A stretch of 63,913 nucleotides of DNA, counting the filler, from Octopus bimaculoides (taxonomy: Eukaryota), in NCBI RefSeq assembly GCF_001194135.2. It is 5 parts of 5 records of this genome, joined end to end, with 100 filler letters (N's around TTAATTAATTAA, not from the genome) between each part and the next. Parts side by side here need not be neighbours in the genome. Positions count along the whole stretch, not along the records: positions 18,197 to 27,761 come from NC_068983.1; positions 27,862 to 38,536 come from NC_068982.1; positions 38,637 to 61,684 come from NC_068997.1; 2 more parts are not named here. One strand, written 5' to 3'. Of the stretch, positions 25,655 through 39,400 are shown piece after piece (the first letter of the stretch is position 1; every line of letters begins with the position of its first letter). The notes below the pieces were generated by a model. That model saw only the letters and a program-made list of their open reading frames with translations, did no database searches and had not been told where the DNA came from. The position numbers and the translations under genes were made by a program.

Positions 25655-26164
25655 CTGGAACATGAAATTGAAAATAGTGTAGATCCAAAGAATTTTATGA
25701 AAATATTTTATTCATCTAGTAAATGGTTTAGTTAGTTAAATGAAGGAGGTGCTCAAAGGAATTAACAACAGTATTACACTGACACTAAAATCCAGCATAT
25801 AGTGATAAGATATTAAATTGTGTTTGTTAATCTCATAGGAATTATTAATAGATAAAACAGTAACAATAATTAATATTATCTAAACACATAACTAGCAATC
25901 AATAAATACAAATTTTCCTTAGTTACATAATATATTATTATTTCTGTCTTTAACTTGTGTTAACATATCAATAGGGTGATAAATGTTATTGATAATAGAG
26001 ATAGTGGAATTTTCATGCTTGTGTAGGAATTTGATTTTGGCCTTAATGCTAACAACCAGACATTTCTCAAAATAGTAATACTCTGGTTTTTCTTTTTCAG
26101 TACTATACATCTAACAAATCCTCTCAGTACTGTGCCATGGTTAAAAGGGACCAAACTAATATAC

Positions 26165-26335
26165 TATGTGGTTCTTGAGTTTCTTCAACAGAGTTCATTT
26201 TGTCCCAAACATTCAGACTCCCTGATTTCTTTCCACTTGCGTTACTGACTTTCTGATTTTCAGGGTGAGCATTGGCCATATCGGTCTCACCAGTCTGTGT
26301 TGGCATGCAAAAACCACAACTGCCTCCCTTCTCAC
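26165..26335 (-). CDS. Possible linker exon of the SRCR-MAM gene (171 nt, phase 1 to 1, skippable)
   Basis: Open frame CEKGGSCGFCMPTQ...EETQEPH with compatible phases. The acceptor lacks a pyrimidine tract and also looks like a donor (cag|gtgag). Confidence 0.35.
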
Positions 26336-26594
26336 CTGATTATGTTTTATAATAGAAAACAATTATTGGAAATAGGTCTAACTCACAACTGTAAGCATAA
26401 ACATCACTGATTATGTTGGTTTACTGTGTCTAATTCAATTACTCAAGTAATAAATGCTAACTGTAATAGAACGGTACCCTGCTTACTCCCAAGGGGAATC
26501 AACCACACAGTTTCCTGTGATTTGCAAAAAATATAAGGATTATTTGATAGATAATTCACATTGATATCTTAGTGAAATAAATATTAGTACTTAC

Positions 26595-26752
26595 AGTCTT
26601 CCTGGCACTGAACATGAAGTTTGTTATATGAACAGCCATAAGAAGAAGAATAAAAATCACTGCAAGCTGATAGTGAGTTTTCATCACCTCTGCACACTAA
26701 ACCTCTGATTATGCCTGGTAAAGATGAACTACGAGATGAGTAATAAGAAAAT
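26595..26752 (-). CDS. SRCR-MAM gene, SRCR-like C-terminal half exon (158 nt, phase 2 to 1)
   Basis: attttcag|A and T|gtaagt. FSYYSS...GLVCRGDENSLSAC...GCSYNKLHVQCQED fits SRCR V.C.G.E.SL..C...C......V.C. Confidence 0.75.
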
Positions 26753-27951
26753 CTGAAAATTAAATACAAAAAGAGAATATTTCATTCAGTTTTCTCTACA
26801 TGTCAGTGTAATGTTATAATGCATTTCTTTGCTGCAGTTTACACGATGATGCATTACCAAACATTAGTGTGTATGAGTGCACACACATACACACACGCAC
26901 GCACACACATACATACACACACACACATACATACACACACACACACGAAGTTTTGAATGGAAAGAGGTTGCTCTTTCTAGGGATGTATTTCATCCAAGTG
27001 TACACCGGTTTATCTCCATATTGATTAATTTTCCTGAAATTTGTTAATTTGTGTTAGTGTTAATGTTTATTGATTGTTCTTTTGGACAGTAGTGCATAAC
27101 ACTTATAAAGTTCCAGTTGTTGGTACAGATGTTTTCATATATCCGATATAGAAGAAAAGAATTTAATAATATGACATACAGAAAATGGAGAGTGTGAACA
27201 CAGAAAAAAATCAGTTTATTTATATAATAGTCAATTTCATGTCACCTATGCACATCTCAATTCTCACTTTCATTCATATTTTACAATTAAAATTGCATTA
27301 TGAATTTAAAAGGTAAAAATCTCTTGTAAGATGTTCATATGTATTCATTTACATCCTAATGGATCGAGAGCTCCTTACGTACTGAATGTGTATGTGTGTG
27401 TCAACATGTGTGTCTTTGGATTCCATTCTAAAAACAACTAGAGTTAAAACTGCGACCATAGTGGACAATAGCTAGCTGCAGTCTTGAAAAACTAGGATAT
27501 ACTACAATTCACCCTTAATGGAATGCTACTTTTCTCCCTAATCATTTGTTAGAAGAATAATAAAATAAGAAAAAATTTAAATAAATATATATAAATATAT
27601 ATATTAGAAAGTATCCAAATCTATATAATTATTTAATGTCTACTCTTTTAATTGTGAGAATTTCAATTTTTATTATTATTATAATTTTTGTTTATCTAAA
27701 TGTACTAGTCTTATTTGTTGATAGTTTGGGTTATTATATATATATATATATATATATATATNNNNNNNNNNNNNNNNNNNNNNNNNNNNNNNNNNNNNNN
27801 NNNNNTTAATTAATTAANNNNNNNNNNNNNNNNNNNNNNNNNNNNNNNNNNNNNNNNNNNNATATATAAACACATGTCAGTATATATGTATAAATATTAT
27901 ACATATATAAGTCTATGTATGTATGTATGTATGTATTAATAGAAAAATAGT

Positions 27952-28016
<65 letters not shown>

Positions 28017-28319
28017 TGAGAGAATGAGTGAATTCGTTAGAAGTAATTTAGTAAGGGGTATAATGAAACCAGAAAGAGATAGAATAGGAAAGAAATATTC
28101 AATAAACAAGGCGAAGGCACACTGTTGTCCATTTAGGTGAACCTCTTCCACACATATGTAAACACATATGCGCACACATACGCACACTCACACGCACTGA
28201 TACTCTCTCATACACACATAATATTGCATTATATATATGAACAAACGGGGAAGGGAGGTAAGCATGAAGCTAAATTGTTAGTGAAGAGTACTGGACGCTG
28301 ATTTGGAGTGGAAAGGAGT

Positions 28320-31300
28320 GTAAAAGAAGAACGAAAGATAAAGAAACAGAAAATGCAATGGTAGAAGAAGGCACAAGAAGAAAATAAAGATATTTTAGAA
28401 GTAAAAGATGTAAGAAGATAGAGACAAAGAGAGAGAGAGAGAGTAGGGGAGGGAGAAAGGGGAAACAGAAAGAAAGAGAGCGAGAATGAGGTGGTATTTC
28501 ACTTGTACAGTAACTATGTGATTATGTAGCTAGGCCTCGTGGAAAATGCGTCAAGCTGGTTGTTAACACATTTGCCGGCCATTATGGAAGTTTTTCACCA
28601 TCTTTGTTTCTCTTTTAGACACAAGTAATTTACAGAGAGATCAGTAGCAAATTTAGGAAGTGAATGTTTGAGCGAGGGTTAAGCCAGGTCAATACTAATA
28701 CTAAATATACCATCATTAAATTCTGGCATTATTTTCCGTAACTCGGCGTGTTCTTTTGTAATCTCCACATTTTCCTTTTTCTTTCTTTGTAATTTTTGTC
28801 GCCATTGTATGAAATAAGTGTTTGATATTTAAATAAATACTGCTTCTACAAACTAAAACAAAACAAAAACGAAAAAATATAAATGACATCAAGAAATTTA
28901 TCAGGCTGTAAATTAAATAAAAAGAAATATATATTTAAAAAAAAACACATCAATTTTGTGTTAATTAGTCTGAAAGTCACCAAAACACTTCACAGTTAAA
29001 TAATTGATTAAATATAATTAATTGAAATAACGCATCAACAGCAAGAAAGATAAAAAGGAACAACACATAGAGCACAAAATAATGAAATACAGTACAAGTT
29101 AAGTAGAGTACAATGCAATAGAGGGCAATAGAGTATGGCACAATAAACAATGCTTCAACAGAGCGAAGTACATTGAAATGCCATACAATAGAGTATAGTA
29201 TAGTACAGTGCAATGCTATATGGCTGTGAAGACTACAGAGACTATAATACAAATACAAACAACCAACAAAATGGTTCGGAAAAAACAAACAAATAAACAA
29301 AACAAAACAGCTTATAGAGTACTGTAAGTAATTTAGGTTTTTTTGTACATCATTTTCACTCCTCTTTTCTCGAAAGGGGCTTAAATACATTTGTGTTCGA
29401 GGAGTTACTGTCCTTAATACAGACGTTTCTCCAGCCACACGATCTGTCACTGCATCTGTGAAAGGAGTCACAGATTTGCTGTTTATGTAGGTTAATGTTT
29501 TGCACTGTAAACCCACGGTAACTGTTCCACAACCACACAATACCATATGCCGGGCAAAATGCTTAGCGGCATTTCGTCCGTTTTTACGTTTTGAGTTAAA
29601 ATCCTGCCGAAGACGACTTTGCCTTTCATTCTTTCAGAGTCGATGAAATAAGTACCAGTTGAACACTGGGGTCGATATAATCGACTAAACCCCTCCCCTA
29701 AATTAGTGGCCTAGTGCCAAAATTTGAAATCAATATAACAGAATAATAAGTGAGTAACAGTACAGTGCAAATGCACAGACAATACAATATATTACTGTTC
29801 CGTACAGCACAATGCAATACCGTAATGTAGGTTACAATATATATGAAAATACAGAACGATGTTGTAGATAACGATGTAATTCAGTGTCATAGAATACAAT
29901 AATACAATACATCCAAATGGTACAGCACTTAATAGTACAATACAGTACCGTAGAGCATAATGCGGTATAGTATTTGAGCAAAGTCCAGTACAGTACAACC
30001 AGTAACATAGAACAGAATAAAATACTTTTCAGCACTATGCAATACAGAAGAAATTCAGTGAACACAATTGAAGCGGTATTAGAATAAAATGGTCGTCTGT
30101 GTATCATACTAAAAATATATACGCTGTGGTAAGGAAGACTGGCGTGATTTTTGTGTGACAGAAAATCTCTTCATTGACTAGTGTTAGGCACACAGCATCG
30201 AAGCGACATGAATATCGTCGCAGCAGTGACTCCTGGAAACGTTAGACGCATTTTATCCTTCTTGTGGTTTGTCAATAACGTGTACACATTTATCACATGA
30301 TTGAATGAGATTCGTGCCTCGAATATTACATTCACCGATATTGTGAGATGCTTGCCAAACAAATAGCGATCACCGAATATTTCTACAGCCCCGCAACCAC
30401 AATATATTCATTGTTTCTTATATATCGAGACAAGAGTTTATTTCAAGCACAATACAGTACAGTTCAGTATAACATAGAGCCATACGTTAGAATGCAGAAG
30501 AGGGAAATACTGTACAGAGTATTTATATTACAATCGTGAGACATTACAGTCAGTCATATTATACAGTAGAGTGCGATACAGGACAATACATTACAGTTGA
30601 ATGCAATAGACTACAAGCCAGTTCAATAAAACACAGTACAGTATTATGCTGTACAAAACATCATAAAGTTCAAAAGAATGGCGGTTGTCGATTCTACTCG
30701 AATTATCTGCTCTTGAATTAACGTTTAAGTAACTGAGCACTTCACAGACATATTTCTCAGACAGAATCAGCGTAACAAAGTGTGCGACAAAGCTGTACCT
30801 TTTGAATACCATCCAGCGAACATCTATACAGTTTCTGTCTATAGAATTTCACTCAAAAGATATGGGTTAAACTGATGCTATGGGAAATGATATTTTCCCA
30901 AGATGCTATACAGTGGGATAGAAATATGGACCTCTTACTTGCGAAGCGAACTGTTTAACTAGTTGGCTATATTGAACCTACCCAATAGCAGAGCACAATA
31001 AAGTACAATACACTGTAACACAGGACTGTAGAATAGCAAATAAGAAGAAAACGAGAAATTAGGGAAAATAATAACAATACTGGTACAAGGAACAAGGCGA
31101 AAATATAGAAAATTTGTAGATGAAAGAAGATAGAGGAAGTATGTGTATGTGTGTGAGAGAGAGAGAGAGAGAGAGAAGGAGGGGGAGAGAGAAGAAACAG
31201 AAAGGAAGAGAGCGGGAAAGCGGTGGTCTTGTACAGCGACTATGTGATTATGTAGCTAGGCCTCATGGAAAATGCGTCATGCCGGTTGTTAACACATTTG

Positions 31301-31970
31301 CCGGCCATTATGGAAGTTTTTCACCATCTCTGCTTCTCTTTTAGACACAAGTAATTTACAGAGAGATCAGTAGCAAATTTAGGAAGTGAATGTTTGAGAG
31401 GGGGTTAAGCCAGGTCAATACTAATACTAAATATACCATCATTAAACTCTAGCATTGTTTTCCGCAACTCGGCGTGTTCTTTTGTAATCTTCACATTTTC
31501 TTTCTCTTTCTTTTTAATTTTCGTCGGTTTTACATAAAATAAATGTTTGATATTTAAATAAATACCATTACTACAAGCTAAAACTAACAATAAATAAGTA
31601 TACAACCAAGAAATTTATCAGGCAGTAAATTAAAAAAAAAAAATGTATATAAAAACAAATTTCGTGTTAATTAGTCTGAACGTCAACGAAACATTTCGCT
31701 GTTAAGTAATTCATGAAATATAACCGAGACAAGACAATAACAACAATAACAAAGCAACAACGAGTATAAACAAGAGGAACAACTTTTAAGATTCGACAAA
31801 GGTAATTTTCGTTTTGAAGTGCAATAGAGTATAGTACAACAGGTCAGAGTACTTTAGAGTATAATATTCTAGAATAGAGTACAATCACAACAATATTGCA
31901 CAATACAAAACGTTGACATAGCTCAGTATAGCGTAGCACAACACGGTACAATACAATACAGTACAATATC
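28320..31970. repeat. Local direct duplication: ~28320-29330 matches ~31040-31970 (offset ~2.73 kb)
   Basis: A shared ~460-bp core (cttgtacag..actatgtgattatgtagctaggcctc...gttaattagtctgaa), roughly 90% identical by eye. Each copy is preceded by GA-rich sequence and followed by degenerate TACAG/TACAA tracts. Confidence 0.9.
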
Positions 31971-31976
31971 ATGCAA

Positions 31977-32860
31977 TCTACTACATATGTGAGAAATTCT
32001 GTCTGTTGGTGTGTTTGTAGAGTTGTTAGCTAACTCTTCCTACATCGTTTTATCGATTTTGATGAAACTTGACACGTAAGTAAAACTCAGTACTGGAAAC
32101 AGCACGGCATAGTCAGATTGTTGAAAACTCGATAATAGGGCCCCTGGAGGGATCCTTATATATGCCTATTATATTTCATTTTAACAGATAAAGGGAATAA
32201 CTCATTTGCCCAGATTTTAACAGACAAAGGGAAATAACACATTCATTTTCCTAAATCATTTGGTATAAATCAAATTGAGTATGCTTATTTCTTAGTATTT
32301 GAACTGTTAGAGTTATTTTCGCAATCTATCCAGTACAACCCTTAAACAAGTAAATAGTGTTTTCCTAAACAATAGATCCACCTATTTCGGTTACCAACAC
32401 TAGCGCCGCTGAGGGTAATATTCTCTAGGAACGCACAAAAGGACTTTTCAGAGTTATTTACTTTGAATTGTTATTATCTCATATCTGATTAGACTGTTAT
32501 TACGTAACATGCTTCACGATTTTAGTATACATACCTTATTAGTATTTCCTTCTAAGTTCCATATACTCTGGGAACGCATTAAAGCCCTTTTCGGGGCTAC
32601 TTTATTTGAATTCTTACTATCAGGTAACTAATTTCATATTATTACATAACTGACTTCCCAATTTGAGTATTCATAACTTATTGGGAATTTCTAAAATCAA
32701 GATCTTGTGTAAGACAGTTCGGTATCCTCTGTAAATGCACAAAAACCGTTTTAAGGACTACATACTTCGTATTGTTGTTATTGGATTAGCGAAACAATTA
32801 TGAGAACGAACCCAAGGGATAAGCCCCGCTTTCACGGGAATTATCGGGTACGTCAGTTAG
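31977..32860 (+). mobile_element. Non-autonomous Helitron-like element
   Basis: a|TCTACTACATAT 5' end, subterminal hairpin CCCG-ctttca-CGGG, and 3' end TTAG|t (CTAG variant), inserted between A and T. Confidence 0.65.
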
Positions 32861-33130
32861 TATATATATATATATANNNNNNNNNNNNNNNNNNNNNNNN
32901 NNNNNNNNNNNNNNNNNNNNNNNNNNNNNNNNNNNNNNNNNNNNNNNNNNNNNNNNNNNNNNNNNNNNNNNNNNNNNNNNNNNNNNNNNNNNNNNNNNNN
33001 NNNNNNNNNNNNNNNNNNNNNNNNNNTATATATATAAAACTAATATATATATAATTTACATATATATATATATACATATATACAACTGATATATATATAT
33101 ATATATATATATATAATTCATACATATACA

Positions 33131-33171
<41 letters not shown>

Positions 33172-35620
33172 CTTTGTTATAGTTTTCTGAAATATATTAG
33201 CTACTGCAACTAAATGTGTATTTGTATAAAGCTAGGATGCGCATATAAAGCGTTTATAACGGCACTGACGTGAAATTATTGTTAAAAAAGGGATCTATTT
33301 ATCTATTGTATTTGTGTAATTTGATTTTGTGTAAGAACTTTCATTAATGTATCGATGCATATATTCTTACACCTATACTACACACATACAGACACACACA
33401 CTCACAGACACACAAACATAAATGTATGCACACACACCACGTGTATGGTGCGTCTGTATTTTGATACATAAATATGGATTTGTATATATATGTACAACCA
33501 TAAATATATAGGCACACATACACATAGAAATACACACACACACATATATACACACACTCATGCACCCATAAATATAGGATGTGCATAGATGTACACATGC
33601 TAGGATATTTCTCTTTCGATAGGCCAAACGATATCATGCTACTAATTTTGCTGATTAGTTGGTTACATACATACTTACGTACACATACACACACACCCAC
33701 TTATACATACATACATACATTTACGCATACACAAGCACATACATACATACATTCATATCTATTTATATATGCATATATACATATACACATACGTATGTAA
33801 TTGTGTATATAGACACGAATGCGCGCACGTAACCACACACATACGCATAAAAACACCCAATTTATATACAGGGGAATAAATGATTTCACCATGAAAAAAT
33901 TATAAAAAAGATAAACAGCTGATAATGAAATGAAAAAAAAATTGTAATAAATACATTTCGACGACATTCTTTTTTATATTTCTATATAAAACATGTCATT
34001 GAAGGTGTCAATTTCCAGCACCTAAAGTCGGTATNNNNNNNNNNNNNNNNNNNNNNNNNNNNNNNNNNNNNNNNNNNNNNNNNNNNNNNNNNNNNNNNNN
34101 NNNNNNNNNNNNNNNNNNNNNNNNNNNNNNNNNNNNNNNNNNNNNNNNNNNNNNNNNNNNNNNNNNNNNNNNNNNNNNNNNNNNNNNNNNNNNNNNNNNN
34201 NNNNNNNNNNNNNNNNNNNNNNNNNNNNNNNNNNNNNNNNNNNNNNNNNNNNNNNNNNNNNNNNNNNNNNNNNNNNNNNNNNNNNNNNNNNNNNNNNNNN
34301 NNNNNNNNNNNNNNNNNNNNNATGATGATGATGATGATGATGATGATATATATATAGGTGTGTGTGTGTGTGTGTGTGTATGTGTGTGTGTGTGCGTGTG
34401 TGTGTATGTATATATAATGTATATATGTATCTGTGTATGTATTCATGTATCTATCTACACACACATATATAAATATATGTGCATCTTCATATTTATATGT
34501 ATCGAAATCCATTCACACACATATACATGTGTATGTGCGTATGTTTGTTAGTTCGGGCGAGTGTATGTGTGATTTCCGATACCTTTAAAAATATGTTTGC
34601 TAGTTAACGTATTTAATTATCTAAATAATGTTCGTTCCATGTACGTGGTCATATTGTACTTGGTTTTAGATTTTGTAGGCAGAAGAGAGGGAGCTGGATG
34701 AAAGGAAGAAAGGAAGTGAAAGAAAACAAGAAGGAACAGAAATAGAAAACCCGAAGAAACAAAGAAAAAAATGGAGGATATAGAAAAATAAAGTAAAGAA
34801 AAATAACAGAAATGCAGGATTAATGCGGATTTTTAAGAATATTAAAAAAAAAAAAAGAAATGATAAGAGAAATAGGCTGTCGACGTAGAAAGAAAGGCAA
34901 GAGATATGCAGAACGACATAGACATTATCTGGAAGAAATATATAGTTCGATAAACAAATAGATAACGACATTGTAACAGAAAGTAAATACCACTATAACT
35001 GCAATAAACGTGTGAAGTGACCCCCTACACAATCGTTAGACCTGTTAGAAATTACACTTAAATTGACCTCAAACTACATCTTAAATATATGACGTATTGG
35101 GCAGTGTATTTCCTATTATAGGAAAGAGAGAATGTTCACGGTATGATCGTCTTTGATTAGTGGACTGCTAAACAGGTATGAGCTTGGGTTAAATAAAATA
35201 ACATTGAAACAGGGAAACAGCGAGAGGAAGGCTTTGCAGCTATTTGGTCATCTAAAAATATTAACCAAATCTTCGCTGTACTAGAAACTACCGTGTGAAA
35301 TAAAGAAGGGCACATCGGACAATGTAGTCCACAATATAAAAATATGTGATGGGCAGTTATTCGATGAACTAGGGTTAAACAATAGCTGTAGTAACAGCAG
35401 CGTATAAAAATGGAATCAAAATAAATGAATGTTAAATATTTGTTGCAATAAATTTTCTGACTTAGGGAAATGTTTTAGAAAATAGGTGTTGAAGTTTAGA
35501 ACAGCGATAGTGACAATTAAGCAGAGAAGTCAGAGAATTTTGCTGTTGTTGTTTAGCCCAAAGTCAACTCGTATCAGGTAGATCTATCATTAGAAGCATT
35601 CTAGTTGTGTCCTATCCTTC

Positions 35621-36008
35621 TTTTTTATATTAGGGATCACATTGATCAATGTATTATTCATTAATTAAAACGATAGAGTATAATTTGAGGTATATTTGGC
35701 TATTATTCCAAAAAGAAATCCAAGTATTCACTTTGAATGTCTCCAGTCAGATGGCTAGCTACGTGTATGGTTGTGTACTGAGGTTCTGATGTTAGTAAAT
35801 TAATTTGTGTATCCTTGTTTTTATATTGGGGAGCCCATTGACCAATGTATTAATCATTATTTAAAACGGTAGAGTATTATCTGAGGTATATTTGGCTATT
35901 ATTCTAAACAAAAGTCCAAGCAATCACTTTGAATATCCCTAGTCAGATGGTTAGCTACGTGTGTGGTTGTGTGCTGGGGTTTTGATGTGAGTAAATTAAT
36001 TTGTGTAT
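35621..36008. repeat. Two-copy tandem duplication, period ~197 bp
   Basis: tttttatatt(a/g)ggga..cattga(t/c)caatgtatta...gtaaattaatttgtgtat occurs at about 35621 and about 35818. Confidence 0.85.
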
Positions 36009-37600
36009 GGTGGTGAGCAAATCAGAAACCATACAGAAGTGAATTGCGGGCATCTTGGAGAGAAAATTAAAATTAAAATATAAAAAATACTAAAACCTAA
36101 TTCCAAGGAAATACTGTAATGGTGTGTGTTGGAAAAGAATCTTTCATATAATTTAAAAAGTGATATGAGATTACATGTCGTGAGATGAGAAGAGTGCATT
36201 CTGATGTTTCAAGTCGAGATATTCTTCCGAGAAAAAGAAAAAGTAGGACAAAAATAAGAGGAAGAAGTAAAGGAAAAGAACAGCAGGAGAATAATGAATA
36301 GGCGGGAAAGAATTCGAGATTAATGATGAGGAAAATCAGATGAAGAAGGAAAAGAGATGATGAAAAGATGGAGTAAAGGGAGACGTAATAGAAAACAAAA
36401 AAGGATTGGTTGTGAATGCTATGGAAATAAGAAGAAAATGTTTGGTGAAGATAGTAACATTATCAGTTTGGTAATTCTAGTTCTACTTAACTATTTTATA
36501 TATTTCACTTTGGAGGCCATATCTAGACTTAATCTATCGGTAAGTTTAACACCCACCTGAACCTTATGCCTAAACCCCTTTGATGGAATTGCGGAGATGT
36601 GGTGGATATATCTAATAATGTTTTTCGAGACATACTAGAACGAAAATATATTAAAAATTCTTAAGAATAATAGACCTAAGTGTGTGAAAATGGACTTCAG
36701 CAAGGGCAGCTAATTCGTTGGACATCGTTGTAATTCTCGAGAGGGTATTTTATTCTCTATTGTTTATATTTCAGACAGGTATTTGAAATGTATAGCGGAT
36801 TAACTCTAAGATATACACAGCAGCTGAGAAGTAAGACTGTAGATAACCTTTGCGATACATAACTGATTTCGCAGAGACAGACACCAAATAATCTGAGAGA
36901 TAGTTAATAATCTGAAATAGGAAAGATCATCTAGAAGATAAATCGTCTGGGATATACCATAATATTTAGATGACAGAGTAGATACTCTGATAGATAAGTA
37001 ATAGTTCATATGGGAAACACCAGGTTACCGTAGAGAAACAAGATCATCCGAAAAAAAGAAAGAAACTACATGGGAAATAAGTAATCTGGAAGAGAGCAGA
37101 TTTCCTGCTGTCTTCAGATCATGTAGAAGATTGTAGAATGTCAGAGATATCAGAACATCTTGGACGACTGTGGATGACTTGTGAGAAAGTTAAATGAGAT
37201 ATTTAGACATTCACGTTGGTGCACCAACATGACCGCAGCCACTTGGCTGAAACACATAAATAAATAAATAAATAATTTCAAAAAAATTTCACGAAAATGA
37301 CTTGTATCACAAACGGATCTGATATATAGCATATATATGGTTAACGCTATCCTCATTCACCGATGTCCATATGCAAGGATTTCACTACATCATAGTCCAT
37401 AGCACTGGCGTCGATGTAGTCGACTAATCCCCACCTCAAAATTTCAGGCCTTGTGCCTATAGCAGAAAGGATTATTGTTATTATTATTTTTCTTTATAAC
37501 TCAAGTTTTGTTGGAACTCCTGAAGTCTTGCATGCGTAGTAGGTTGCTATTTGCTGCCTACGGTACCATGCACTCTGTTCTTTTCAACTACTACTACTAT

Positions 37601-37657
<57 letters not shown>

Positions 37658-37885
37658 CGCCGCCGTCGCCAAAACGACGACGACGACGACGACCACCACC
37701 ACTAGGATGTTGCAAAACATCGTTGTAAAGTATTGTTAGTTCATAGAAACCATGAAAACTACCGCCTGATATTGCATCAGGACATTTATCATCAATATTA
37801 TTATTATAGTAGACGTCGCACAGTATACAATATCGTGAAGTTGTTGATTGAAGATTTTGTGTCTACCAAGTATTTGTACTGTTTG

Positions 37886-38240
37886 TCAAATCACAACAAG
37901 GACCTCAGACAGTACTTTACGAGATATGCGTGAAGTTTCAAGTAAAGCCGACTTTTGCAATACATCTAGATTGTAGGATATTTCTAAAGTTTTCAGATGT
38001 TTTTTCAGATTGAGTGATATTGAATTCAGTGATTCGATAACAATAGGAATAAGCTTTATGTTTGACTCTCGTAGCTGCCACATCTTAGCAATCTCGATTC
38101 TCAGGTCTCCATAATTATCAACCTTTTCTCTTTCTTTCATGATATGTTGATCTCCTGGCACTGCCACGTCGACTGTTAGGCACTCTTGTTTGTCCCTCCT
38201 AAAGGTTACTATATCCGGCCTTCGGTGCTCTAATACCTTT
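37886..38240 (-). mobile_element. Dong/R4-like RLE endonuclease fragment
   Basis: RRPDIV...LTVDVAVPGD...KEREKVDNYGDLRIEIAKMW...LQKSALLETSRISRKVL (PD..D..K). Confidence 0.88.
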
Positions 38241-38636
38241 ATTATTATTATTATTTTATGTTTGACTTTTGTTTTGCATTTGTACAAGTTGGATCCAAGT
38301 CTCACCCAGAGACCTCAAGAGACAACAAGTTAGAAGTTCATGTAGGTGTTATGCCTAGAGTACCATATATTTGGATTTGTACAGTTTTGTTCAAGTGAAT
38401 GTTTAAGAAACCATAAGAAAATTATGCGTTTGCTTTAAAATTTGAGATCACATAGACAGTATTTTACGTAGGATATGGGCAGTTCCCATGAGCACTATCT
38501 TTTGAACTTCAGCCATTTTGGGGTTTCCTGGAATCTNNNNNNNNNNNNNNNNNNNNNNNNNNNNNNNNNNNNNNNNNNNNTTAATTAATTAANNNNNNNN
38601 NNNNNNNNNNNNNNNNNNNNNNNNNNNNNNNNNNNN

Positions 38637-38686
<50 letters not shown>

Positions 38687-38841
38687 CACATACATACATC
38701 TATCTATATATACACCCACATACACATACACATACACATACACCTACACCCACATACACATACATACATCTATCTACATAACAGTCCACTAACTATTCTA
38801 CTCTACCTGTGTAAACTCTGAGTATGGGGGTATGATATCTA

Positions 38842-39400
38842 CTATGTATATTTCCTATATAATATTGGGGAAGTTTCATTTATGGGGACGTACTCCCGTA
38901 TTTGTCTGAGTGTTGGGTCCTTTGGGTGCTTGGATAAGATGCGGATGTCAGGTTGACCCAGGTTGCCTCCATGTTGGTCCTTGGCATGTTGGTAGAGTAT
39001 GGAGGACTGTTTTTCGTCGTCATATTGTCTCAAATGTTCATTTAGTCGTTCTGCAATGCTCTTAGATGTCTCCTCTATGTATGTCATGTTCATGTCTTTA
39101 CAAGCACCTTTTATGCATCTTATGCTGTAAACTACATTTCTCGCTCTACAGTCGATGCCAGGGCTAATCCTACATGCCATGCAGTTATCATTGGTGCATA
39201 TGGTATTCTCAAAGCGGTACATCCTACATAGTTGTGATCTGACGAAGTTCTCTGGCTTTTCAACAATCTTAATGTTGAATTTGGTCTCCTTCAGAGCTTT
39301 CCTCAATCTATGGGCTAGTTCTCCATGGGCTGTGGCCTCTACAAACATCACTCCTTGGTATTTGTTGGTTTTATACCACGTGTTCATTCTGTTTGCTTTG
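38842..39400 (-). mobile_element. Penelope-like GIY-YIG endonuclease fragment
   Basis: CRARNVVYSIRC...TYIEETSKSIAERLNEH...RILSKHPKDPTLRQIRE. Confidence 0.8.

Noticed and set aside
27075-27150. Minus-strand ICTNNWNFISVMHYC matches SRCR C-x3-W-x8-C spacing
   Set aside because: There is no AG acceptor after the pyrimidine tract, and the frame hits TAA without a usable donor. It is treated as chance or a dead pseudoexon.
28710-28805. Possible first coding exon (ATG GCG ACA...GAT G|gtatat) in the duplicated block
   Set aside because: The ATG frame stops after 29 codons and is out of frame with the donor, and the second copy lacks the ATG.
37085-37125. Minus-strand CUGAAGA followed by a 5-bp stem, hammerhead-like
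   Set aside because: No GAAA follows stem II, and no stem I or III can be formed.
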